From: Chamaesiphon sp.
GTDB taxonomy: Bacteria > Cyanobacteriota > Cyanobacteriia > Cyanobacteriales > Chamaesiphonaceae
Direction of reading: 5' to 3'
NCBI GenBank assembly: GCA_965246715.1
Contig: CBDFFH010000009.1
Location: 64,001-128,000 of the forward strand
Length of the DNA stretch: 64,000 nt
Shown in pieces: positions 33,482 through 44,519 of this stretch. The notes beneath the pieces are model-generated. The model was not told where the DNA came from, did not search any database, and saw only the letters and a list, made by a program, of their open reading frames with translations. Position numbers and translations under genes: made by a program. Within the stretch, counting starts at the first letter, position 1. Every line of letters begins with the position of its first letter.

Positions 33482-33625
33482 CCGAGCTAGCGAATTTGCT
33501 ACTTCATTGAGTGAGCTTGCAATTGATATCTGGTATCGGTCGATCGAAGTCGATCGATCGAAATGATTGAGGAAATTTGAGAGATCTAGAACGAGGGGGA
33601 GAAGATCGTGCATCGGATGAAATAG

Positions 33626-34213
33626 TTACCCCTCCTCTAAATACCTCAGAGCGGCGACCTTCACCCAGTCAGACCAACTACCATCATCTAGCTCGACTAT
33701 TGCCTTTGTGCGACCTCGATGCCACTGCCCTAATCTGCCCCGCTCGCCCGTAGCGACAATTTCGACCCGTTGGCCTAGCCTCAGCTTTGCTGAATCGCCG
33801 AGCCTTAACTCTCTTGTAGTTAATGGTGGTGGCAGTGGTCTAATACTGCCGAGCGTATCCAGATCCTCAAACCTAATCCAGCTAGTCACCCGTCCGTCAG
33901 TTTTGAGACAAGCATAGCCATCGCCGTACTTGGAGATCTCCCAGATTTCTAGTACTCCTGCATATTGCCGCTGGAGGTTGGGATTTGTGCCGATGTACGT
34001 GACGCGATTGCCTAGCTGGAATTGGGCGATTCCGCCAAGCGGAGGCTTCGCCAACGGCTTGGGTGGTTCGACACTCAGAACCCGATCTATAGAAGTTTTT
34101 CTTTGACCGCTGGGGGTTTCGATGGTAATGGTATCACCATCGATCGCTAGCACTTTGCACCCTACCCCAGCCAACCCGTAAACAACCGATCCGAGCGTTA
34201 CCTTAGAATTCAT
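33626..34213 (-). CDS. Hypothetical protein with repeated small beta-barrel (SH3/KOW-like) modules
   Basis: Three LG..V.. modules; overlaps the rep stop, suggesting translational coupling. Confidence 0.65.
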   Translation of the reverse strand: MNSKVTLGSVVYGLAGVGCKVLAIDGDTITIETPSGQRKTSIDRVLSVEPPKPLAKPPLGGIAQFQLGNRVTYIGTNPNLQRQYAGVLEIWEISKYGDGYACLKTDGRVTSWIRFEDLDTLGSIRPLPPPLTTRELRLGDSAKLRLGQRVEIVATGERGRLGQWHRGRTKAIVELDDGSWSDWVKVAALRYLEEG

Positions 34214-36938
34214 CTTCGGTAGCCTCTGGGATGTCGTCTAAATTAGAAACTTTTTCTGGCTGCTTAGACAATGGCAATTTTTTATCGTCTGTATCGTCTG
34301 TATCGTCTGCCGAATCCTGAAACCTTTGTTGTAACTGGCTTTGATGGCAGACGATATCGTCTTTGGGTATCGTCTGCTTATCGTCTGCCTTTATAATACC
34401 GTCCGCTATATCGTCTGTATTATCGGCTGCTTTTACAGGTATCGTCTGCTGATCGTCTGCCTTAAAACCTTTATCCTGAAAAGGTTCTGGTGTCATGGCA
34501 GACGATGCAGACGATACAGACGATATTTTTACGACTTTCTCTATGCAGATAAGTCGCGTACATTCTTTTCCTGCTCGGAAATACCCAACTTCGATCCCTA
34601 ATGCCTTGAGATCGGGAGCCAATCGAGTTAGTTGACGGCTGAGGCTGTTGGAAGCCTTTGGGAAATATCGCGATCGATAGGTGGCTTCGTCGGTATGCTG
34701 TTCTAATTCATTCAGCAGTTGCGAAGCTGTGCCCTTCCAAACTAGGGGGGTGTTCTCCATCAGTTGGATAATTGCCTCACCTACAGGCGACGACTCGATT
34801 ACCACCTGGCGAGATTCTTCGCGGCTCTGGCTGAAGGCTTCCATAAACTCACCCTTTCTCAATCCCAAGGCTTTCTCACTGGCAATCGCAAACTTGGCAT
34901 AGTCAGCCATCCGAGGCAGTTTATCTGGCTTGATATCGGGTAACGCTGCTAAGGTTTGACTCAATGCCGTCAACAGTGCCCCTAGGATACGCGGACGCGC
35001 CGCTTCAACTTTGGCCGTTAATTCGGCTTGGGGTAGTCGTTTTTCTTCAGTTATTTCACCCAGTTGTACCATCAGGACTCGATCGGCTAAGTCATCGCGA
35101 GTCACTAAAGAATCGATCGCCGTGATAATCTGGGGACGAGCAAACTCAAAGGTAGTTTCTTCGTCAGTGCTAAATAAAGTGCGGGTACTGTAGCCGAATC
35201 CCGTTGCAATCCGACACAGATCGTCCGATTGGTCGGCACTAATATGTCCTACATTATCGTAAACCATCAATAGCCGACGGGAAGCCGCAACCGCGAGCTT
35301 ATGGGTATCCCCTTGCAGCTTAATGAGTGGTGCTTTCCCAGGATCGATCAGACCTTTGAGCATTTCTGCGGCAACGGTTTTGCCGCTCCCTCTGTGCGCC
35401 GATAGTACTAATACTGGATAGGTCTTATTCGGACAGAAGCAGAATAATAGGAATGTGATAGTGAGAACCCATGCCGAGTCATTGACATTTAGCAAGTCTC
35501 TCAATTCTGTTAAGCTTCCCCCTACAACGGGATCGGGGAGCGGACGCAGTGAATCCGGTCGCCAAAATCGCACGGGTGGATCTACGATCGTCCGCCAGCC
35601 AGTAGGATCGATCTCGATCGCTTTCCAGTCTGGAGTACCCAAGTCGAGATAAATTTTCTCTTGGTGTTGGGCGATACGGAGATGAACTTCGCGAGTCTGT
35701 GAATCCTGCCCGTACAGAGCGATAGCTTCGAGGGTTGAAAGCGTATCTTGCATCGTTTGAGAACCAATTCCTTTCCCCTCGACATTAAAATACATCCCAG
35801 CCAGCCACATCCTAAAAGCTCTGGAGCGGACGGCATAAGTGTGACAGTTGCCAGCAATCGTGATATCGGCATAAGCAATGCGATCGGGTGTTTGGAAGTA
35901 AGTAGCCGTTCTACCGATCTCCAGCAACCGCTCTGCAACTGACTTGAGTGGCTTTTTTCCACTAGAGGCTTCATCATCTATTGCCGCTGTCTCAAACGGT
36001 TTTGCACTATCGATAACTTGATGGAATGCTTCGACTCCACAGTTAAAGATTAAGTCGTCGATACCTTTACCTCGATTGCTACTCCAATCGGTCAAATACA
36101 CTTGAGAATCTGCTGCCATTAATAAACCAGCAAATCTTTTAATGGCAGCACGAACCATATTTATCGTTTTAGGTTTGCTGTCCTTGTCAAATGCAATAGT
36201 TATCCTTCTGTTAGGGGTAGAAATTAACTGTAAATCGTTAATTAACGTATAGTCTTTTTCGCCTTTATTTAGTTCGGGACAGCCATTCCAAACCCCAGTT
36301 AACGAGATACAAATTTCCCCAGTACTAATCCCGCTTAATGCTTTTTTTGCTCCTTCAGTGATGGTTACAGGGATTCTTGAATCTTCCCCAATCCATTTTA
36401 AAAACTCTAGGCTGAGTCGTTGGCATTCATTTCGCCATTCATCCGAGCCGATATCTGCTAATTGCCATTGCCTAGTAACTAAATCGGTGGGTAAATCTAC
36501 TCTTACACGCACTGATATCGCTTGCCATGTTTCCAGATCGATTATCGGCAGGAATGCCTTGCAAGGCTTTTTCGTTGGATGCTCGTATTTAATCGCTTTG
36601 CCTTCTTTGTCTAGTCGCGGTTGGAGCGGTTTGAAACTAGTACAGCTAGCAATACGTTGGCGGAGCCTATCGGAACGATAATCGCGTTCGATATCGATGC
36701 CAGTATAGGATGTACCACCATGCTCGACGATCGAGGCGTATGTATCCCGATATCCCTTCTTTAACGTCCCGTTGTTATTATGGATTTTCACTTCCCCTAA
36801 TAGTTCGCTAATTGCTTTATCACCGTTGAGAAACTCAGCATTGAGCAAACACAATCGGGGATCGATCGCACTAGCGTAGAATTCTTCAATGACACTTTCG
36901 GGGAAGTATTCGGTCAGAATAGAGTAGTCATAATTCAT
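34203..36938 (-). CDS. Primase-helicase replication protein (DUF3854 TOPRIM-like plus NTPase)
   Basis: IKYEHP, ITEGAKKA, IAFDKD, GKGIDDLI; Walker A AHRGSGKT, YDN, RTLFS, DLADR. Confidence 0.85.
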   Translation of the reverse strand: MNYDYSILTEYFPESVIEEFYASAIDPRLCLLNAEFLNGDKAISELLGEVKIHNNNGTLKKGYRDTYASIVEHGGTSYTGIDIERDYRSDRLRQRIASCTSFKPLQPRLDKEGKAIKYEHPTKKPCKAFLPIIDLETWQAISVRVRVDLPTDLVTRQWQLADIGSDEWRNECQRLSLEFLKWIGEDSRIPVTITEGAKKALSGISTGEICISLTGVWNGCPELNKGEKDYTLINDLQLISTPNRRITIAFDKDSKPKTINMVRAAIKRFAGLLMAADSQVYLTDWSSNRGKGIDDLIFNCGVEAFHQVIDSAKPFETAAIDDEASSGKKPLKSVAERLLEIGRTATYFQTPDRIAYADITIAGNCHTYAVRSRAFRMWLAGMYFNVEGKGIGSQTMQDTLSTLEAIALYGQDSQTREVHLRIAQHQEKIYLDLGTPDWKAIEIDPTGWRTIVDPPVRFWRPDSLRPLPDPVVGGSLTELRDLLNVNDSAWVLTITFLLFCFCPNKTYPVLVLSAHRGSGKTVAAEMLKGLIDPGKAPLIKLQGDTHKLAVAASRRLLMVYDNVGHISADQSDDLCRIATGFGYSTRTLFSTDEETTFEFARPQIITAIDSLVTRDDLADRVLMVQLGEITEEKRLPQAELTAKVEAARPRILGALLTALSQTLAALPDIKPDKLPRMADYAKFAIASEKALGLRKGEFMEAFSQSREESRQVVIESSPVGEAIIQLMENTPLVWKGTASQLLNELEQHTDEATYRSRYFPKASNSLSRQLTRLAPDLKALGIEVGYFRAGKECTRLICIEKVVKISSVSSASSAMTPEPFQDKGFKADDQQTIPVKAADNTDDIADGIIKADDKQTIPKDDIVCHQSQLQQRFQDSADDTDDTDDKKLPLSKQPEKVSNLDDIPEATEDEF
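34284..34524. repeat. ATCGTCTG octamer iteron array inside the rep 3' end (candidate origin)
   Basis: 8 direct and 4 inverted exact copies plus variants in 240 bp. Confidence 0.75.
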
Positions 36939-37212
36939 GAGATCTTCTCTTTGATAATGTCAAGCTTTATTTTTATTAAATTTTCAAGCGGCGCGTAAAT
37001 AGTTGTCATTTATCCAATACTTGTTGTTTTCTCACAACAAAATAACCATCCGACTATCTCTTCAGAATGTCGGTGACAAAGCAAGATTACACAAATCCTA
37101 TTAGAGTTTCATAAGTTTAAAAACACTAGTTTCGGATTTGTAGACGCGAATTTATCGGGACAAAAAAGCCTACCCCACTAGTAGATTTTCAACCTACTAA
37201 TGGGGTATTGTC

Positions 37213-37479
37213 TTAGCTCACTGATGGCAACGTTGCCAGGTACTCTTCAACTAAGATTTGATGTTCTGGTCGATCGCCAGAAGTTAAGTAATCGATTAAC
37301 AATATTAGGTTCCAGAGGATCTTGCCCCTCTCTACTGGCTGAATCCAGTAGATCCCCTTGGGTAACTTGGATCTTAACTGCGCTGATTGCCAAGTAGAGA
37401 TATCGAAACGCTCTTCTCTGATTGCCGCCTCTGACAGAAATTTGAAGCAGCGGGATTTGGCTTTGGTTGACGTTTTCAT
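37213..37479 (-). CDS. Small excisionase-like DNA-binding protein
   Basis: 88 aa between int and rep; GIYW...ILWNL.LL.DYL....PEHQ..VEEYL resembles small ORFs beside cyanobacterial integrases. Confidence 0.55.
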   Translation of the reverse strand: MKTSTKAKSRCFKFLSEAAIREERFDISTWQSAQLRSKLPKGIYWIQPVERGKILWNLILLIDYLTSGDRPEHQILVEEYLATLPSVS

Positions 37480-38021
37480 AGCACTGACGAACGTGGGATA
37501 ATAGTGGTGTTTTGTTTTTAGTCTTAATCGGAAGACAAAATTTAATTTTGTCTTTCGATTAATTCTTTTCTATTGCATAACTTGTCGAACGAACTGTTTA
37601 ATCCAGTTAATTCACTGATGCAGTGGCGGAACCGCCACGGTTTTTTAAGGTCTAAACTTTGACTAGCGACAATTAGCGGCAATCATCACTATCGGCTTTG
37701 GCTGTTTTACTTGCGGGAAGGGTTAGTAACAAATAAGCTTAGCAAGGCTGATAATTGTAGTTTAGTACAGATCTACTATTGTGGCAACAGCTATTTATTT
37801 TCTTTCCCGTTTTGGCAAAAAAATGATTAAATTGTATCGAAAAGACTTGACAATTACAGTTGCTATCGATCGACATAATTGCGATCGTTTATACTCACAA
37901 ATATGCCCACGCGCTCGACTGCGTGGGCGTATATCGTTCTAGCCTTGCCATGACCTTTAGGGTGATACGTTGTTATGAAGGGGATTTATGCCCCCGTCAC
38001 AACAACAAACTTCTGACTTCG

Positions 38022-39152
38022 TTAAGTAATTTCGATTGCCCCAATATCTACAAACAAACATTCACTGCCGATCGCATGAGCATAGGTAGACAGTAGAACG
38101 CGCTTATCATGTCCTGTCTGTTCTGCCAACGCGATCGGGTTAGCTCCTTGAGCTAAGGCATGGGAAGTGGCTGAATGTCTCAAGTTGTAGGGCTTTCGGT
38201 ATTCGATCTGGCAACTGACTAAAATAGTTTTCCAAGCTCGATTACAAAAATTGTGGTCATCGATCGCGACACCCTTGGGACTAGGAAAGACTAGATCGTC
38301 TGGTTGAGGTTTAATCCGTTCGTACCGATTTACCAACATGCTTTTAATTACTGGGTTTAGCTGAATAGTTCTTGCCTTACCCGTTTTCGTGTCTTTCTGA
38401 TTCCTGCGGCTGATAGATTCACCGATCCAAGCGGTCGTATAATCCGCTCCTAAATGCTTCCATCTCAAGCCAACAGCCTCACCAATTCTGCAAGCTGTGT
38501 TCGTCAGGAAGATTACAAACTCAGTGTAATGAGAGTATTGGGGATGGCTGCCAAATCCACTAATAATTGCTTGAAGTTCGGCAATAGTGAATGGTTTAGG
38601 ATGTTGCTGGGGATAGACTTTAACCCGATCGATACAGTTTTCCCACGGGTTAGAGCCTTCTGCTAAGTGGTATTTACCCTTTGCCCATTCCCAGCAAGCC
38701 CGAATCAGGAATAAATAGGTTTTAACTGTTTGTCCTGAGAGGCTCCCTCCCATCATCGCTACAGCATTTTTCGCAATCGACTCGGAGACTTGGTGAGCGG
38801 GTTTATCCATTAGACATTCTCGCAGCTTGGACGCGATCGCTTTATATCGGTGCATCGATCCAGGGGCTAACCCCTTATCCTTGATGATGAACGCTGTGTA
38901 CTTTTCAAATAGTTCTACAGCGGTTAATTCAGTGGGATTAGCCCCAAGCTTGCGCGATCGGTACTTTAGCCGTGTAGGGTCGTAATGACCAGAGATCAGA
39001 TCCATTGAGATCTCTGACATCTTTTTAGCTGCGAAAGCCCTGCCAACGGGAGTATCGGTAACTCCTAGAGATAAACCTTGCTTTTTACCTTCGTAGTTCC
39101 ATCTCAGTCTGAGGGTATTGCCTGTCTTCTCAATCCAAATTTTTTCGTTCAT
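38022..39152 (-). CDS. Tyrosine recombinase/integrase with N-terminal arm-binding domain
   Basis: LRLRW N-terminus; ACRIGE, TKTGK, YNLRHS, TGH, TYAH catalytic residues. Confidence 0.93.
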   Translation of the reverse strand: MNEKIWIEKTGNTLRLRWNYEGKKQGLSLGVTDTPVGRAFAAKKMSEISMDLISGHYDPTRLKYRSRKLGANPTELTAVELFEKYTAFIIKDKGLAPGSMHRYKAIASKLRECLMDKPAHQVSESIAKNAVAMMGGSLSGQTVKTYLFLIRACWEWAKGKYHLAEGSNPWENCIDRVKVYPQQHPKPFTIAELQAIISGFGSHPQYSHYTEFVIFLTNTACRIGEAVGLRWKHLGADYTTAWIGESISRRNQKDTKTGKARTIQLNPVIKSMLVNRYERIKPQPDDLVFPSPKGVAIDDHNFCNRAWKTILVSCQIEYRKPYNLRHSATSHALAQGANPIALAEQTGHDKRVLLSTYAHAIGSECLFVDIGAIEIT

Positions 39153-39294
39153 TTTTCTGGTCTTAGATCTGGTCTTATATAACCCACAAACCAGTCATAA
39201 CAGCCCATATCTTACTATTGACAGACAGCAAAAAACGACTCTCAGGACATAGTTTGTCTTCTGAAAGCCTTACTCTGCTTATGCTTCTAACCCA

Positions 39295-39366
39295 AGCCTG
39301 TGATGAGGATTGAACTCATGACCTCTTCATTACCAATGAAGTGCTCTACCACTGAGCTACACGGGC
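39295..39366 (-). tRNA. trnT: tRNA-Thr(GGT)
   Basis: GCCCGTGTAGCTCAGTGGTAGAGC...CTTCA-TTGGTAA-TGAAG...GTTCAATC. Confidence 0.95.
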
Positions 39367-39377
39367 GATTGTGAAAG

Positions 39378-39458
39378 TGGGCCGAGCTGGATTTGAACCA
39401 GCGTAGCTCTCGCAGCAGATTTACAGTCTGCCTCCATTAACCACTCGGACATCGACCC
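39378..39458 (-). tRNA. trnY: tRNA-Tyr(GTA)
   Basis: GGGTCGATGTCCGAGTGGTTAA...GCAGA-CTGTAAA-TCTGC, long variable arm, GGTTCAAATCC. Confidence 0.95.
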
Positions 39459-39513
39459 ATTTGTCCCACGATTACTAATCATAGCATGGATGCCTCGAAT
39501 GTCCAAGCAATTT

Positions 39514-39996
39514 CTAAATATTTTTTGCTGGGGCTGATTCTAAGTGTGAGAGCAGTCCACCACAGGCATCGGTGAGGAGATCGATAACATAGTCAAAGCC
39601 ATCAGCACCACCATAATAGGGGTCGGGAACCTCTTTGTCAGCGTGATGGGTAGCAAAGTCGCACATGAGCTTAACTTTGTCGCGATATTGCCCTTGGGGG
39701 TCGAGGGTGAGGATCTGGTGATAGTTTTCGCGATCCATTGCTAAAATCAGGTCGAAGGCGAGGAAATCAGCTTTGGTAAATTGTCGAGCGCGACCAGTCA
39801 TCGGAATATTGCGGCTGGCGGCGGCGGCTTGCATCCGCCGATCGGGTGGATTGCCTGTATGATAACTGGCAGTGCCAGCAGAGTCACATTCAATCTGGTT
39901 GGCGAGATCGGCTCGCGCGGCCAGATGATTCATAATATTTTCTGCTGCTGGAGAACGACAGATATTGCCGAGACAGACAAATAACAATTTGGTCAT
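39514..39996 (-). CDS. Low-molecular-weight protein tyrosine phosphatase
   Basis: VCLGNICRS, DPYYGG. Confidence 0.95.
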   Translation of the reverse strand: MTKLLFVCLGNICRSPAAENIMNHLAARADLANQIECDSAGTASYHTGNPPDRRMQAAAASRNIPMTGRARQFTKADFLAFDLILAMDRENYHQILTLDPQGQYRDKVKLMCDFATHHADKEVPDPYYGGADGFDYVIDLLTDACGGLLSHLESAPAKNI

Positions 39997-40041
39997 AAAT
40001 TTTTTTGAATTACTGACGAGTCGATAAGTTGCTGCCAGCGG

Positions 40042-40974
40042 CTATTTCACTTGTGCTCGAATGAACGAACCAGGCAAACACCATAACTTCTTCGGGGTGC
40101 TGACATACGCGCGCCGATTGAACACATCATAGTCATTGCGCTCGATCGAGTCTAAAATCTGTTGGTAAAGCAATAAAGCTGCCCAAACAGGCCAGCGGAC
40201 ATCGGGACTGAGCCGACCGATCCCTCTTTCTGCTTGTTTGTAATATTTGCGGGCGCGTTGAATCTGAAACCGCATCAATTCTCGCCAGTTGTCATTGACA
40301 ACTTTATTGATTAAATCTTGTTCGCTGTAGTTAAATAAGGCTAATTCATCTAGCGGTAAATAAATCCGTCCGCGCTCGGAATCCTCGCCGACATCGCGCA
40401 GAATATTAGTTAACTGTTTGGCAATGCCTAAGGCTACTGCTTCCTCGGTCGGAATCTGGATATTATTGCAGTTCCAGGGGGCGGTAAATTGACTGAGATC
40501 GACACCAACGATCGCATTGGACATTTGCCCGACTGTGCCCGCAACGCGATAGCAATAGAGCGATAATTCTTCAAAGCTCTCGTACCGATTCTTGAATAAA
40601 TCCATTCTTTGTCCGGCAACCATATCTCGAAATGGTTGAATCTGCAAATCTGGAAATCTAGCGATCGTATCTACTAGCGCTACATCAAAGTTATCCGTTG
40701 GTTTACCCCTAAACATCGCTTCTAGTCGGCTTTCCCAAAGATCGAGTGTTGCGGGGGTCGTCCCCACTGCTTCGGCTCCATCTACCAACTCATCGATGTT
40801 CCGACACCAGGCATAGATTGCCCAAATCGCCCGCCGCTTGGGGACTGACATCAGTAGTGTCGCCAAATAAAAGGTTTTGCCGTATTCAGCAGTTATTTGA
40901 CGACAGAGTTCGTATGATTCCTCGGTCGATGTTAGCATTGTCACGATCGGTAGGGACTTTTCCAGTTGCAGCAT
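40042..40974 (-). CDS. crtB: Phytoene synthase
   Basis: YAWCR..DELVD, YCYRVAGTVG, QLTNILRDVGED. Confidence 0.96.
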   Translation of the reverse strand: MLQLEKSLPIVTMLTSTEESYELCRQITAEYGKTFYLATLLMSVPKRRAIWAIYAWCRNIDELVDGAEAVGTTPATLDLWESRLEAMFRGKPTDNFDVALVDTIARFPDLQIQPFRDMVAGQRMDLFKNRYESFEELSLYCYRVAGTVGQMSNAIVGVDLSQFTAPWNCNNIQIPTEEAVALGIAKQLTNILRDVGEDSERGRIYLPLDELALFNYSEQDLINKVVNDNWRELMRFQIQRARKYYKQAERGIGRLSPDVRWPVWAALLLYQQILDSIERNDYDVFNRRAYVSTPKKLWCLPGSFIRAQVK

Positions 40975-40978
40975 TTAC

Positions 40979-41032
40979 GGGGGATAGGGATTAGGGGATA
41001 GGGATTAGGGGGTAGGGATTAGGGGGTAGGGT
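40979..41032. repeat. Heptamer tandem repeat TAGGG(G/A)N, STRR-type
   Basis: Alternating TAGGGAT / TAGGGG(A/G) units. Confidence 0.8.
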
Positions 41033-41130
41033 GTTATTGGAACGTACAGCGCACGGCCAAAATCTACGCAACAGCTACGATTGATGGATTTATCTATTGT
41101 TACTATCCCCGATCCTCGATTCCCTATTCC

Positions 41131-42537
<1,407 letters not shown>

Positions 42538-42684
42538 TTATTAGTACTACCTCTATACAATCGATTTAGTGATTAATCCTTGTATATTATTTTAAGCATA
42601 TTTGCATTTCTTTACAATTGAAATTTTTTGGCGGTAATCGGGCATCAGTGGAGATAGCTTCTTTCGCACAGGAAAACATCATCA

Positions 42685-43257
42685 ATGGCATCATTTATCG
42701 GACATAGCTTGGCAGGATTGACCGCACATGCGATCGGCCAAAAATTACAGCCAAATAGCCAGGAGCGGATCTCTTGGCAGGCTCGGTTGTGGTTGATGAG
42801 GTTGGTAACGATCGCTTCGATTCCAGATCTCGATTATCTAATTCCGGCATTGAAGTTGCAACATGCAGGTCAAACATTGCGGATTACACATTCATTTTTG
42901 GGAGTGCTGTTACTCCCGATCGGTACGATTTTATCGCTCAGATTGACAGGTAGTTGGGGGAAATCTTTCGCTCTGAAGAGTTATCAATTAGTTGGAGTTG
43001 GACTAACGCATTTGTGCTTCGATTTGCTGACGGGAGTATTTCCAGAACCGTTGTTTTATCCATTTAGCGAGCAAACTTTCAGACTGCCGTTTGAACTACT
43101 GCCGAGTGCTGGGAAAATTCAGCTAACTAACTATTTATTTTATCGTAACCTGCTCATCGAGATGGGCGTAATGCTGCCACTGGCGCTGTGTTTATTTCTA
43201 AGTGTGAGTAATTCAGTAAAATCGAGCGCCGAGCGAGTATTGCGATCGGAATATTAG
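42685..43257 (+). CDS. Membrane-bound metal-dependent hydrolase (YdjM-like)
   Basis: GHSL, PDLD, RITHS, HLCFD. Confidence 0.8.
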   Translation: MASFIGHSLAGLTAHAIGQKLQPNSQERISWQARLWLMRLVTIASIPDLDYLIPALKLQHAGQTLRITHSFLGVLLLPIGTILSLRLTGSWGKSFALKSYQLVGVGLTHLCFDLLTGVFPEPLFYPFSEQTFRLPFELLPSAGKIQLTNYLFYRNLLIEMGVMLPLALCLFLSVSNSVKSSAERVLRSEY

Positions 43258-43449
43258 TTTCTAGTTGCTTGATGCTGTGGGCGGCTAGTTTGAGCCGATA
43301 GTCATCTAGTGCTGGTAGTTGAGAGATAATTTTTACCCTAAAGTTAAGATTTTATACTCGATCGGGAGCCTTATCAAAATTTAACCGGAATTTAGCTGAA
43401 ATCTGATGTATATATAATTGAGAACATCTTTACATATCGAACTAACTAT

Positions 43450-44406
43450 ATGCGTACATCCGATCGTTTAGCAGCAATGTTGACAGGAACGGCGGTGGTC
43501 AGTGCCATTGTCATAACTATGCCCAGTTCTGCTAGCGCCCTTTCTGGTACACAAGTAAATGATATTGCGCGTGAAGTGACCGTACTCATTCGTGGGGAAC
43601 AGGGGCATGGTTCCGGGGTAATTATTCAAAAAAGTGGGAACACTTACTATGTTTTGACGGCGGAACACGTAGTTAGAAAAAAAGACGATTTTAAACTCGT
43701 CACCGCAGATAAACAAGCCTATGCGGTAGATTACAGTCAGATTCAGAAGATAAATGGAGTCGATTTGGCGATCGTTAAATTTACGAGCGACAAAAATTAT
43801 CAAGTTGCCAAAATGGGTACCGCCAAAACTAATGAGGGACAAGATGTCTATGTATCGGGTTGGCCTTCTAATGGCGCAATCGGCGCTGCTGCGGGTGGTG
43901 AATTAATCAGACAGTTTACCAGCGGCAGTATTTCTGGTTTTCTGCCCAAACCGCTCAATGGCTACAGTATGATTTATACCAACGTCACTCGATCGGGGAT
44001 GAGCGGTTGCCCGGTATTGGATACTGCGGGTAGATTAGTCGGGATTCACGGGATGGGAGACAAGGAAGATGCCCGTCAATTGATCGAATCTGGCTTGAGC
44101 CAGGAAGCAGCGATCGGGTTGGCTGCTAAAATCAAACCTGGGTTTAACTACGCGATCCCAATTAGCGTATTCCTCCAAAAATCTCAATCTGTCGGGATCG
44201 GTGCCAATTCACTCGCGATCGATAAATCCGCAGCCCCCGAAGCTGGTGCGCCATATGTTGCGAGCGCTCAAGTTGATTCCCGCGATAAAATCGATGATAT
44301 CCGCGCGACACTCGGCACTGTCAAGAATGTAACTAATACCGTCCGCGAAACTCGCGACACGATTCAAGATTTCCGGAATGTCATCAAGAATCCCTTCGGT
44401 TTCTAG
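43450..44406 (+). CDS. Secreted trypsin-like serine protease
   Basis: Signal peptide; GSGVII, LTAEHV, DLAI, GMSG. Confidence 0.88.
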   Translation: MRTSDRLAAMLTGTAVVSAIVITMPSSASALSGTQVNDIAREVTVLIRGEQGHGSGVIIQKSGNTYYVLTAEHVVRKKDDFKLVTADKQAYAVDYSQIQKINGVDLAIVKFTSDKNYQVAKMGTAKTNEGQDVYVSGWPSNGAIGAAAGGELIRQFTSGSISGFLPKPLNGYSMIYTNVTRSGMSGCPVLDTAGRLVGIHGMGDKEDARQLIESGLSQEAAIGLAAKIKPGFNYAIPISVFLQKSQSVGIGANSLAIDKSAAPEAGAPYVASAQVDSRDKIDDIRATLGTVKNVTNTVRETRDTIQDFRNVIKNPFGF

Positions 44407-44519
44407 TTAAGAGTTAAATAACGATGTGACCGCTCGGAGATTGCGATCTGCGAGCGGTTATTGTTTTATACTCGATCGAGGACAACTGCTCTGGGCTAGC
44501 GGGATTTAGTAGCATTAAC

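Larger units (their letters stand above)
31171..39310. mobile_element. Integrated plasmid-like / mobilizable element at tRNA-Thr, distal end lost
   Basis: Integrase next to tRNA 3' end, Xis-like ORF, primase-helicase, MobF relaxase, ParM-like gene. Confidence 0.85.
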
